Source: Paraphysomonas bandaiensis (taxonomy: Eukaryota; Protista; Chrysophyceae). Taken from it: a DNA stretch of 64,000 nucleotides. Position numbers and translations under genes: made by a program. The notes under the pieces were generated by a model. The model had not been told where the DNA came from and did no database searches. It saw nothing but the letters and a program-made list of their open reading frames with translations. Below are positions 1 to 13,100 of this stretch, one piece after another; positions within the stretch are counted from its first letter, which is position 1; each line of letters begins with the position of its first letter. Location: positions 62,001 through 126,000 of the forward strand of contig CBFFRP010000365.1 in NCBI GenBank assembly GCA_965644295.1, read 5' to 3'.

Positions 1-173
1 TGTCTTCGGGAGACAAAAAGACATAAATATGAGCAAATTTATGTCTTTTTGTCTTCGAAGACATAAATCAAGAGTGGAAGACATTTTTACACAATAGAGC
101 ACTAATTAGGGCTTATATACCTCATAAACAGCACAGATCGCAATGATTTACAGTCTCAAACATTGGCAGAAGC

Positions 174-961
174 TTGCTATTGCTTTGGCAGGCATGGAGA
201 CCCATGGTGTCAAGACCACGACGATTGCAGAGCAACGGAACAATACCGTCCGGCGTACAGATGAGGGAGTTGCTCATAAAGACGTTGGAGCTCTCCTGGA
301 ATCGTAAAGAAGCTGAAAGGGTGAAAAGGAGAGCTCTAGCACAAATTCGGGAGGCGAGTTATATGATAATAATGACAGCAACCCCAAGCCATTTGACCCC
401 AATGGTAGTTATCTTGGTCCGATCGATTTTATTGTGTTCATGCAAGTAGGCCTACCAGCTGGGGAACATTATTGGGATGGTTTCAAAGTTATTGTCGGTA
501 ATGGTCCTTCCAGTGAGAAACCCCAAGAAAAGATACCAAAAGGTTCGAAAGGAAGAAAGGAGCAGCGCAATAAGAGCTTGAAGGAGTCTGGTTATTCGGA
601 AGGAGATTCTAATAGCATAGGAGAATATGAGGTCAGAATGACAGCCCGTCACAATCGTATGGAGGAGTTCAGATATTATTTTACTATGTTTCCGGACGAC
701 CAAGATATGAAGGACAAATTCAAAGAGTTCATCAACTCCGATCTGGCTCCAACGCTGAAGAGAAAAGCTTCCTCTGTATTAATGGACACCACCAAAAACG
801 CACGTAATTCTACTATGAGCACACCTAGTTCTGCCATTGACAGTACCATAACATCGAACTCAACGAGCAGCACACCTCACATGCTGCAATTTACTTGCGA
901 CTCTCCTGAGACTTCTGTCATTGAGAACTCTGTGGACCTCTCGGATATCGTTTCCGATTGA
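174..961 (+). pseudogene. Putative second (accessory) ORF of the Harbinger element, frameshifted or spliced
   Basis: ORFs 174-449 and 434-961 are convergent with the transposase and lie inside the element; no domain recognised. Confidence 0.4.
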
Positions 962-1116
962 AAGATTATCAACATGCCAATGCAATTCTAATTATAGCAT
1001 ATAATCACATGTTGGTATCAGCTATACTATAATTACTGCATAATAATATGCTATTTGCTATGTTAATTGCATGAGCTAAGTAATCAACTGTACTTATGAA
1101 ACAAATCAGTTTTTAA

Positions 1117-2161
1117 TTATGACCATACAACAGTTTTATCACTACACATACGCATGAAATGGTTAACAAATTTATTTCTGAGGACAGTGTGCTCATTTTC
1201 AACTTCAGTACGTACAGCTTCAACTGTATCAAACAATGTACCACATCGATGTTTGGGATCTGTTAGATCTGTGTCTCTCTGTACTCTAAGCACAACTTCT
1301 TTCAACTTACCGTTATTTTCTCTGTGAACTTTAAATGCTTTATCTATGTCGCATAAATCATGAAATCCATCTGGTCCATTCCATTCCACATCCTGCTCCC
1401 ACAGCTTAAACAAGTTATCATCCCTCATGATCTCATTGTGTAGACAACAGCATGTGAAAAATACATTGTCAATTTCCTCTTTACTTTGAAGCAGAATAGG
1501 AATTTTTAGAATTCGTAAACGCCCCTTGAGTATACCGAATGTGCATTCGATGTCCTTGCGAACCGATTCTAGCCACTTTGACCAGATTCTGAGGTCATGG
1601 GCAGATGTATTTTTAACTGGACACTGCATGCACCTCCATTTATGATATCCTCCATCACAAATGAAATATAAACCTCATGATCTCCTCTTCGTTGTCGTCA
1701 TGTGTATTCTTCACTTTTACGACCTAGAATACACAGTTCAAACAACCTCAAATATTCTAAACAGGATAATACCTATCGCGTCAGTATCAGCGATGGGTTG
1801 CCCTGTTAACTTATTCTTACGAAGTGAGGAATCTTTAGCCCATAGGACTATTTCTTGAAACATTTGATACGGAACTCGAAAACGCGTTCTGAAAAGCTTG
1901 CCTGATGCAGAGTCACGTGATATATAAAACAGTACCAGAAGTCATACCTTCACGAGTTGTTGGGTCTCTTATCCTTGCATCCCTCAGCAGGAGGCCCCAT
2001 GGCGCGTTATCGTAGTCAATACGTTCATACACATTTCTTCTTGCAATTATACGATCCTCACTGGACGCTCGAGTTTTCTTCACAAGCTGTTTGATGAAGG
2101 ATCTTTTCTCCTTTTTGTATACTAAGTACTTTCGGGACAATGTACCCACGCGAAATATCAT
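1117..2161 (-). pseudogene. Harbinger-type (Plant_tran/DDE_Tnp_4) transposase, internally deleted
   Basis: Motifs FRTRFRVPY (~1865-1895), YFICDGGYHKW (~1640-1672) and WLESVRKDIECTFGILKGRLRIL...FFTCCCLHN. A short GT-AG intron lies at ~1902-1947. The region that should hold the first catalytic Asp is missing or frameshifted. Confidence 0.8.
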
Positions 2162-2413
2162 ACTATAAACTTTACACTGTCACTTGTGACTTGTGTTATA
2201 ATGCTAATGCCTTGATTCACAATGCATTCAGTGAGAACAAGCGAGTATGAATGAACAGAAATTCAAATTCAAACACAAAATCCATGTTTTTGTCTTCTGT
2301 CTTTCTGTCTGCGCCATAATTCCAGCTCCATTCGCACGTGGACAAAAACAATTCTGCTGAAAAAATGTCTTTTGTCTTTTTGTTTTATGTCTTCACCATA
2401 ATTAGTGGCCTAA

Positions 2414-2773
2414 GTACATACATACATACATACATACATACATACATCTATAAGTACATACATACATACATACATACATACATACATACATACATACATA
2501 CATACATACATACATACATACATACATACATACATACATACATACATACATACATACATACATACATACATACATACATACGTACATACATACATACATA
2601 CATACATACATACATACATACATACATACATACATACATACATACATACAGACATACATACATACATACATACATACATACATACATACATACATACATA
2701 CATACATACATACATACATACATACATACATACATACATACATACATACATACATACATACATACATACATAC
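2414..2773. repeat. (TACA)n microsatellite
   Basis: Directly visible, ~360 bp, few interruptions. Confidence 0.99.
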
Positions 2774-3106
2774 TGTAGCATATATAAAGAGAGAGACATA
2801 CAGTACACAATGACAAGTAATAACCAATCATTTATTATAATATTGTAATTGAAGTATTTCATTCGATAATAATATTATTGTAGTATTTTCGATCATTTCC
2901 TAAATATTGACTATTTATATTGAGAAAACTAAAAATCATTCATATTTCTTGATATTTTGAATTAGAAAAGTGGGATTTCTTCAGTTCCCTCTAAATATCA
3001 GTGAATTTCATCATCCCACTCATCTCTTAAGGTGCTTCTAGCTACAGTATGCATTCAACTCATCCATTAAACAATCAAACAATCAGCATTATATGAATAT
3101 ATAGAT

Positions 3107-6100
3107 ATGCTTTATCAAACCCTACATAAATCTTGTATTTCTATTAAACATCGAGTGTATCACAGTGATATTCTCCATACAATTGATCATCATTTACTGA
3201 AACTATCATCCAAACACAGTCATATACACTCCTATTGGATTGAACAATTAAATAAGATTAATAAACGAGTTGCAAGATTACTCATTCCACAATTAAGTCC
3301 AACTAATGCACTTGGATATTTACCACATACAAAACAAGAAGCAAAGAAGGGAACTTTATTAGATTTTGTATTACAAAGAAAGATTGAGCATCCTACTAAG
3401 ATTATATTAACACGTGTGGGTGAAGTAAGTTGAAATTGAATGAAGTTTGTTAGATGTGAAATTGATTGTATTCTTTGTGTGTGACTTATATATACAGTGA
3501 TATCTATGCAGAGTGATATGTAGACAGAGTGGTATATATGCAGAGTGATGAGTGATATATAGACAGAGTGATGAGTGATATATGTAGACAGAGTGGTATA
3601 TATGCCGTGTGTCATTCAAAGTTGTTTGTTTCTAAACAAATGGATTGAGATGATTTGAAACTATGAAAATTTGTGTTGCTTGTTTACTTCATGTAATTTG
3701 TTACTCATAATACTCCTACTTACGGTATTCTTCTGTGCAGTTCTACGAGACCTTTGGAGTAGATGCGATTCTGCTTGTTCAATACGCAGGTCTTAATCCA
3801 ATGGGTGGGAAGGCTAGAGCTGGATGTCCAGTGAGAAATGTACAGGCTACACTGGATTGTCTGGTGTCAGCAGGGTACACAGTGGCGATATACGAGGAAG
3901 TAAATGATTCTGACGTTGCGTCATCGAAGGTTGGTGGTGCTGCGAAACTGTTCTTGTGTCTGACATGCACGATGTGTAGTTGCTTCTTTCTTTAAAGGCT
4001 GTTTCATTGTTCACACCCATGTATTTACTTATATCCTATTGTATAGGCCCGAATTAAGCATAGAGCACTTACACAAGTGGTCAGTCCTGCTGCCTCCACT
4101 TATCTCTACGAACTCTGCTTGAGAGGGGAGAGTATCGACTTCAGAGAGTCGAGGCCGGTGGTGTCAGTGATGAGAACAGCCGAGGGATATAGCATGGCAC
4201 AGGTGCATATACGGCAATTGTTATCGTAGTTAGTGATGTATAATTTTGTGCTTTATATGTGTGTAATGATTTATATATATAGTGAGGGTCATGTGTATAG
4301 TGCACGGTGGTGTTTCATGTTATATTGCCGCATCGTACAACAGTATCCCGTGTTGCCTTGGCATGATGGAGTACACATACCTGCATTGTTTGATGCAAAT
4401 AATAAATTGTGTGTACTGTTGTGTCGCGTTCTCGAGATGATTGCCAATCGTGTAATCCATGTAGTGCAAGCTGCTGTATTTTATATTGTAGTATCTGATG
4501 TGTTTCTGATGGCAATTTAGTCCTTTCTTTTATACTGCGTATGAATGCATTACAACCATAGTACGAAATGTTGTGTGTATAAATCGTATCTGAGTATACC
4601 TTGATCGCTAGCTATTTTATGGAATATATGTAACGTTCACGTGGTGGTTGACTGTACACGTATAGATACATGTCGATGAGCATTGCGTGATCGTTCAAGA
4701 TCGCATGACTGAAGAGGGGTTGCGAGCTTCACTAGAAAGCGGGGGCTACATGGAGCCGATATATGTGTCTACCATGGATAGTGCATCGAACGCTAATCTT
4801 AGTACCCCTGAGGTTTCCCGTGTACCGGCATTTCTTTCGACCGAAAGTGTAAGTATGGTCACATCGACAGGGCTATCTTCCACTGCCTTCCACAATCTAA
4901 TCTTGCAGAAAGTTAGCGCCACGCTTAATATTCCCACTTCGATGTTTCGGGAAGTTAATCGCAGCGAATCGTCCTCCACCTACTTCCGCCCTTTGCCTTT
5001 ATACACGTCTACATTGAACCAGATTGGTGTTCTATCGAATGCATTTATTCCTCCTCTTGTACCTAGGTTACTACCACGAAATTCGGCTTCATATACAGCA
5101 AAATACTTGACTCGATTTCTGCTTAGCCCCCCCCCTTATTACATCAGTGATCACATGAGAGCTCTTCTCCAAGCTTTATCAGAGAAAAACTCAGCTCGTG
5201 AAGGGTTAAGGAATATTACTCCAGTTGCGGTGGGAAAGTCAGTTAGTTTATTGTCGACGGAGCAGTGCAATGTGGCAACGTTTCGTGAAATTGCGCTGAA
5301 TTTACATGGGGTGTTGGGTCTGCTGGCACAAGGGTCCACTGATGAATTTGTTGGCAGTAAAATCATTCCACATATGTTGGCACTCACGTCATATGAGAGT
5401 GGCTTAACGACTGACTTAGAACAGTTTACAAGTAATCTCGAAAGTGCCTTGGAGCTGATTCGTACACAAATCTCAATGACGGATTGCTGTCACACACCAC
5501 ACAGTGAGAATGATCCAATCAGTAGAGATCCCCATCAAAAAGTCCCGGACGAGTTCTTTTATCGAAACGAGTTAGAATTTAGAGGCTGCCTAGTGCGAGG
5601 TACGATATTGGTGCTGTTCATTTAACTAACCGTATGTTGTACTCGTTGGTTCTATATTGTTCAGGCACGTTTTGGTGTATTATATATTTCACTCTAACCT
5701 AACAAAAATCCCTGTGTGCATAGTATCATCACATCCAAACCGATGTATGAGCCAATAATTGAGTTTGTACAGGAATTAACCCAGATGTAGACCGAGCATA
5801 TGATGCTGTTACTGCTTCAGCGAAGATTTTATGCGATGCTGTGCATCAAGATTTTACTATTCCAAGTGAGGTCACCTCTGCCCACAGTCATCAAAAGCGT
5901 GTACTTTACACTCCAGTGTACGATCCTGTCAACAACATCATTGCTTGTAAAAAGTCGGTCAAAAAGTCTACTAATAGGAGTACAGAGAATGGTACCTTTA
6001 ATGTATCTAGTTGAACTACTGCTGATATTATGTAGGTACTAATGCCGATGCCGTAGTTCAAACTGCCCACATCTCATCTGAGAGTAGTGATCCTGTAAAT

Positions 6101-8080
6101 TATTATCATCCACTGGACAGATATAGGCAGCAAATTAGCAGCAGATATACGTCTGATCGTGTTGCAACAGCTCTTTCTGCTTACCTACAAGCAGCATCGT
6201 CAGCTAGTAACCTAGTTACGGCAGTATTAAAACAATTGAGCAGGGATTTATATAGTAAGATGACGGCCATTATACAGGCCTCGCATTTTGGCGTCATAAT
6301 GCAGACAGCGGTTGAGCACGCTGTAGCCAGCAAACAGAAGGGGTGGCGTCTACCTACGATAACAGGACCTGGGAGTGATCTGAACGTTGAGGGAATGTGG
6401 CCCTATTGGATGGAAAGTATGGAAGCCATAAAGAATGATGTAAAGTTATCATCTGGTGCGATGCTATTGACTGCGCCGAATATGTCAGGTATGAATGCGC
6501 TTTGGCAATATGCGCTGAGCATGTGCGCTTCATGTGAAATTAGTTGATGTACATTGACTCAGATGGATAGTTGTATTATCATGTATTTCCTGTACTGACG
6601 AGTATATGAAGGGAAGTCGACGTTAATGAGAGCCACACTAGTTACGGCATTGTTGGGAAACTGTGGTCTGTTTGTTCCTTCCATCTCAGCATCGATTCCC
6701 CGTTACGATTCTTTTTTTCTTCGCACAACTAGCTTTGACATACCTACGGAACGTAAGTCTGCATTCGGAGTGGAGATGGAAGATGTACGGGTCATGATGA
6801 GAGATAGTACCGCCAATTCGTTGGTTATGATAGATGAGATAGGTGTGGTATATTTGTTGTCGAAGAGTATTATTATTTTCAGTATATACTTAACTGCGTC
6901 ATTGCTTGTGTACAGTTACACTGTATTAGATACTAAATCAAAGGTGTTCAAGTACCTTGCTTATAATAGCGTCTATACAGGAAAAGGTACGAGTTCAAGA
7001 GATGGAGTAGCCATAGCAGGGGCACTTCTTGAATGGATGTGCTCAACTGGTTTACATGGTATATTCGCCACACACCTTCATGAGCTATTGGACATTCCTC
7101 TAAATACCCCAGGAATAGTACTGAAGCGAATGGGTATCAGAAGAAGTAAATTCGATGGTATGTATTGTAGATTGTTGTGCATTGTTAGTTGATATAGAGC
7201 TGAATCGAACTATGAAATATCCTTTTTGTCTAATATTTGTAACATATAATAGGTTTACCAACGTGGACATACACTCTTGAAGATGGTTCGTGTCGTGATT
7301 CAATGGCATTCGAGACTGCCCGAGCCTTTAATGTTTCAAACTTGTTAATTGAAAGAGCATATGAGTTGAGAAAAGTATTTGATACCTTGTGCCGACCTTC
7401 ATTTCCTTTCTCAAATCGTGATGTTTTGACCCGTTCCCCACGGGACACTGATAGTGAAAAAATGTATAGCATTGACACTCTACGTGACGTCGTATATGAT
7501 ATTATAGCTACTAACCATGGTGCCAACTATACGATTGAATCGGATGTATGCGTCGTATATGAGGAATCTTTACCCAGCCCGTATATGGAAGGCTGCAGCT
7601 GTGTATATTTGTTGATGATTCGGCCGACTGCAACCGAAAGCGGCGATTTGAATCCGGTATAGTATATATATGTAGTCTTATATTGCTTAGACAATATTTG
7701 CGTTAAATTTAGTCTGCTATTGTAATTGCTTTCAAGTTCTGGTCAATGAGACAACTTGTTTCACTGCTATTTTAGGTACTTTACGTCGGTGAAACTGAGT
7801 CCTTCACAGAGCGCCTTTCATTTCATAGGTATCGAAAACGCACTGTAAATGCTGACATTGTGGAGCCGTTGAATTAATCTATCGTATTATATGCAGGAAG
7901 CGTTTGCGCGGTGTAAATAGAACCGTAGATAAGGCCATTGCCTTTAAAGTGGCTAACAAGAGTGCTGCACGAGCAATAGAAACGAGACTAATACGCGAAC
8001 TAATGACACGCAGTTACAATATTGAAAATAGTGGTGATGCTTCACACACACTTTTCGGGAAGTACTCTTATGTTTCTTAG
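3107..8080 (+). CDS. MSH1: Plant-type MutS homolog 1 (organellar MutS with C-terminal GIY-YIG endonuclease), multi-exon
   Basis: Domain I LTRVGE/FYETFGVDAILLVQYAGLNPMGG..RAGCP; ATPase LTAPNMSGKS, SAFGVEMED, IDEIGKGT, FATHLHEL; C-terminal CVYLL...YVGETESFTERL..H and NKSAARAIETRLI; stop TAG at 8078-8080. Confidence 0.93.
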
Positions 8081-8646
8081 CCTTTTCAGTTGCTGAATAC
8101 ATATTGATTGATTTGGAATCAGATTAATGTTGAATTCTAAAGACCTTGAACCTTTTCATTATACTTTTTACAACAGTAGCTGTAAACAAAGGATAAAACT
8201 CTATTATCCCCCTTCGTATTTTTTAACCAGTACTATCTGAGGGGTGCCATTAGTATTTAGTGGATGAAACCGTATCATTTTTGCTATATACGCTCCACTA
8301 TTGCACTTTTATCAGAGTGGCCATTACGATTCAAAGTAGACGGTATTACGAACAGCGGAACATTTGAATCAAGAATTGTAGCAATCGCGAGCAAGGAGGA
8401 GCATGAATAAATAATGCGAATTGCCGCAGTCATGATGACGAATGGAGACAATATTGAAGGTGCTCTACTATCAAGTATTCATTAGTTGCACTTCAACCAA
8501 TCTTAGACAAACATGATTATATACACTCACTAATCTATACTTTACGTTGTTCAATACTTTACATTCAGGATATATATGTAGCCCAATATTCGATATTTGG
8601 CAACCGTATTTCATAATTTCATCAATAGGTGGTTCAAAGGTGCTTA

Positions 8647-9079
8647 TGTTGAGTTTTGCTGTTTGAGCAATTAAAAGCTGTAATTCTAAGATATTGGAAT
8701 CGCGAGCTGATATTCTAATTCTATATATACTATATATGTCTCGTGATGATTCAATCTACAGCGTATCCGTCAGTGCGATGTGAACATTCAATGTACAGCT
8801 CATGAGGTTTTGGTGGTTGCGTATCCGTCAGTTATGTCTCGTGGTTTGACAAATCAATGTACAGCTTTGAATTGAGAGGGAGTGTTGAGTTTTGCTGTTT
8901 GAGCAATTAAAAGCTGTAATTCTAAGATATTGGAATTATGACGGTTACTGGAGAATACAGTAGTGGTTAACTGTATTATGAGAAGTGATATCATGACGAT
9001 GTAAGATCGTACTAGAAATGAATGGTAGAATACTCGTCCAGTTGACTTACTAATCATCCAATTGTGTCATAACTTGACA
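8647..9079 (+). mobile_element. Internally deleted (miniature) copia-related LTR element
   Basis: TG...CA ends flanked by 5-bp TSD GCTTA (8642-8646 and 9080-9084). The first ~53 bp repeat at 8883, after a polypurine tract GAGAGGGAG. The pre-LTR motif GGTGGTTGCGTATCCG is shared with the copia at ~20440. Confidence 0.8.
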
Positions 9080-9392
9080 GCTTAAAGTAAATAAATGTGT
9101 AATTAATCCATCCTCTAGCTATAATGTGTCGATGATACTGGTAACCAAAATTAAATTCGCACCTATGAAACGTTATGGTCTCGTCTAGTTATATTTAACC
9201 ACACGGGTAATGAGGAGGATAAGGAGGCAACATCGTCCCGCAGTCATAATTTCGAAAAGTCCGAGTGTTATAATTTAGACATGGGGCGATACTTCTTCTC
9301 CCTTTTAGCTAGTTGGTAAAATTGTATCTTCCTGTAGTTAGCAGATGTTATATCAATATTCTGCTTGCTCACTGCGTTTGCTTCAAGCGATA

Positions 9393-9521
9393 GAGCGAAA
9401 GTGGGTGCACCTTGGTGCTTGCGCTGTTGCACAAGCAGCTTTCGTAGCGTTAAATTGTAGGATATATCAGAGTTAATCACTAACTCTCTGACTCTTAGAA
9501 GTCTATTGCTAAGTATAAGAC
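9393..9521 (+). mobile_element. Dispersed repeat with conserved core, divergent copy 1
   Basis: Core GCACCTTGGTGCTTGCG....GCACAAGCAGCTT..GTAGCGTTAAAT, also at 9761, 24421-24470 (reverse strand) and 50767. Confidence 0.7.
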
Positions 9522-9746
9522 ATTTACTACCATTAATGCCATAATTTACCATTAACGGTTATCAGGCCTCTATACAGAATCAGATATAGCACTTAAACTC
9601 TTCTGTAATATTCTTGATGTTCTGGATATGAAGATAGATCGCTTGTACGACTTCAATATGATCTTCCACATCAAACGAAGGATGTAATACAACTTGACTG
9701 TTTGATGTTCTGTTTTGATAATGAAGAAACTCGGAATCAACATCAA

Positions 9747-9939
9747 GAACGGAAGTGGTCGCACCTTGGTGCTTGCGGCGACGCACAAGCAGCTTCTGTA
9801 GCGTTAAATAGTAGGATAATGGAATTTGTGCTGATTAGTTATGGGTAGAGGTCTAACTAGTATGTCTAGCATTCAACTAGCCACTATATTGGTACAGGTT
9901 TTTAACGCCTATTGCTAAATAAAAAGACTTTCAATATAC
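9747..9939 (+). mobile_element. Dispersed repeat copy 2 (core plus common 3' tail), putative non-LTR retroposon 3' end
   Basis: Aligns with the reverse complement of 24306-24483; tail TTTTAACGCCTATTGCTAA..AAGACTT.CAATA is also at 26128-26188. Confidence 0.75.
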
Positions 9940-10106
9940 GTTTTTTTGAGACAAAATGGGGATAAGCAGATATGCAACTCCAATTGTGTAATAGTTTATT
10001 AATTTATACATACAAGAATATTTATATTGCGCGAAATTAATTAATTTGCATATGAAGCATTGTATACTCTACCAATTAATAAACAGATGCTATATACCTC
10101 ACATAA

Positions 10107-13100
10107 TTATAGAAGTGCACCCATGATTCGGTTCACAAGAACTGCTTTAGCTCCCGACTGCGGTATTCCCAACGAAGCACATATTTTCTTTAGGTTTACA
10201 ACGGTTTCCCCCAATAGCTGCGTGCATACATATCAGGTTAAAAAATTTAAAAAGAAAAAAAATACGATACTTTAGTACAGCATACAACATCAGTCTCTAT
10301 ACAAGGGTAATTAGGATTACCATTTCTTCGCTTGCCATAGTCCTCAAAACTGCTACATCGATGTCACCATTTGCGTCCACAGGTAGGCTTCCCTTGGACT
10401 TTTTCGGGGCCCCACCACTGCTCCCTGATGGAGCACGTTTGCTTCTTGCTGCCTTAAACTCCTGATGTGATGTCGTTAAGACACAGATATCCCAACATTC
10501 AGCGCAATATACAATACCCAAAAATTCATATACATATAAATTTACACATATAATTCGGACGCACCCCATCCCAATGGGCTCCACTCAGAGCTTTGAGTTT
10601 ATCTAATAGACCACGATGTGAATCGAGACCTTCACTATCAGGCTGCAGCATGTCGTCAGTCGCTGGGTTCCATTCTGGTGTTTCCTAGATATATGGTTAA
10701 CTATAGAAACTCTAGAGCACAGAGCAATATATAACAATATAACACACGGTATCTGGTTCTTTACTACACCTGATTCAGTGCCACGGCCTGGATAACACTG
10801 TATATATGCTGTATGGCGGGGTTCTGAAGGTCCCTATAGTCAAAATTGTCCTCAAACTGCATGGCTTTTACTAGCGACACTGCCACGTCTTCCTCTTCTT
10901 GAGACACTGGGTCACACGTCACCGCACCTGAATTCATGGAAACAAGCGACCTAACTTCATTCGAATACGGAATCGTGACCAAATTCATCCCAGTGATATC
11001 ATATGTACTGTCACCGCTGTCAGGATTCTCTTCAATATGGGTCATCATAGCTACCAATCTAGGCATGCTTGAGCGAGAGCGGCAAAATGCTCCAACACCA
11101 ATTAAACCACGAGATACCATGTGATGTGCGATGCTTGTGAATAAACTGGAAGATCCTTTCACAGCACTATCATCTGGACATATCTGTGAAGAAGGAATCA
11201 GATGTAAACAAGCAACGACTTCAAGCAGATATGTTCGATCAAACGAGTCACCAAACTTCGTGTTAATACGTTCATAAGACAAAAGCACCAAACAAACAAA
11301 CGGTGCTCATAATAAAATACAATACTAAAGTAACAAGACACGAGATCTATGTGCAAAGCCGTAATAGCCATAGGATCTCTACTTGACAGTACAGTAATCA
11401 CGGAGTCATTGCCATGGAAAACTTAACATATCATGAGATTACCATTATTGGGGAGGTTATATTCATCTCTATATTCAAAGAGGAGGCAGGAGTGAAGAAC
11501 AAAACCTTTAATTGAGCCTCTGACTCATCGCCCTCTGCGTCCTCACTTCGTGATTCTGAAGCTCTTGTCAATGGCTCAGTCTCTACTTCAAGCATCCTAC
11601 AGGCCTTCATATCCTCCTTACTAAACGGCACACGAGCTCCAGCTACATCAATGTATGTAGAAATTGCTGGGTTTGCACTGTCACAGTAATCGTGAATTCA
11701 TGAAAAATGATAAGATTATGTGGTAGATAGTACACGAATAAAGGCAAAACGTCTAAAGAGCTGAGATACATACCACTCTGTCTCCGTTGAAAGAACTTGG
11801 CCGGTGGTAGTATCGATGTAGTTAGAAGAAACCTTTGCTGGCTCACTGGTACTGGCTTGCAGCCACACATGGTTTGGACGGGCTGCAGGAAGGATAGTTT
11901 TGTACATAGCGACTGCAATCTGAGAGTCTTTTCGGTTCCCATTGGGATTTTCAGACGAGGGCGATTTGCTAAGTCCAGAAGAGATATACATTCGCATGGT
12001 TCCTAGTCGCCTCTTTCTATGTTCTTTACGCTTAGCGAGGTCAAGCATTTCATCAAATCCTCCTGCTGAACCTGCTCCCATAACACGATGCTCATACTCA
12101 GCTTCTTCTGTAGTGCTCTCTTCATTCAACGTCAGGAGTTGACTATAGAATGCTGACACCTTAAAAGGAACACCAGGGTACAAGTCCATATGCCAGAGAG
12201 ATATCTCTAGCCCCGTTTCAGCACCATCCTTAGCCACTTGAACAATACTTTGTTGCTCAACAAGGTCTCCAGCATTTGGGCAATCGTCATTAGTAAATAT
12301 CCATACTCGTTTGTAGTCAGTGTTTTTTACTGCTACACCACCCTTGACATTAAAGGACTGATTACACAACCACAGTGCTTCCTTCAAAGGACACACACGG
12401 TCGGTAGATGGTTGACTTTTTATAACTTTCTGTAGCTGAGAAGGATCGTCAATTAGATTCTAAACAGGTATGATGAGCACGATATAGTAATCATCCACAT
12501 ATTTCTACATTACTTTTAAATTGAGTATGCGATCAGCTGATGGCACACCTAAAGGAAGAAAATTAAGAACTCGATCTGTTCCCATATCGCCACTGGAACT
12601 GTTTTTGTTTTCCTATTTAAGGTAAAAGGTTAAACACTATATAAATACAATATCAATATATACAGAGAGTATCTAATATATTTTATCTAGACATAATGCT
12701 CTGTATCTATACAATGTATATATCTGTCTCCAGTATACGCATAACTATATCTATATTTCCACACACCTCTATACGCATGTGTACATATCTCTATATATAT
12801 GTATATGCATATATCTATACATCTATACATGTATGTATGCATATCTCTATATATGTATATTTCTCTATGTATCTCTCTCTATATATGTATATCACTTTAT
12901 GTATCAATATATATGTATGCAGATCTCTATATGCCTATATATCTATACGCATGTATGCATATCTCTATATGTCTATACATCTATACGCATGCATGCATAT
13001 CTCCATATGCCTATACATCTATACGCATGCATGCATATCTCCATATGCCTATACATCTATACGCATGTATGCATATCTCTATATGTCTATACATCTATAC

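Larger units (their letters stand above)
1..2410. mobile_element. PIF/Harbinger-like DNA transposon, defective; left TIR probably just outside the window
   Basis: Two convergent ORFs, one a Harbinger/Plant_tran transposase. AAGACA/TGTCTT subterminal repeats at both ends (1-85 and 2290-2395). Right end ...ATAATTAGTGGCC (2410) is followed by TAA, the Harbinger-type 3-bp target site. Confidence 0.75.

Noticed and set aside
4203-4667. Possible snoRNAs in the long MSH1 intron (hairpins, several CTGA)
   Set aside because: No complete box set with a guide I could match to rRNA; needs snoScan/snoGPS.
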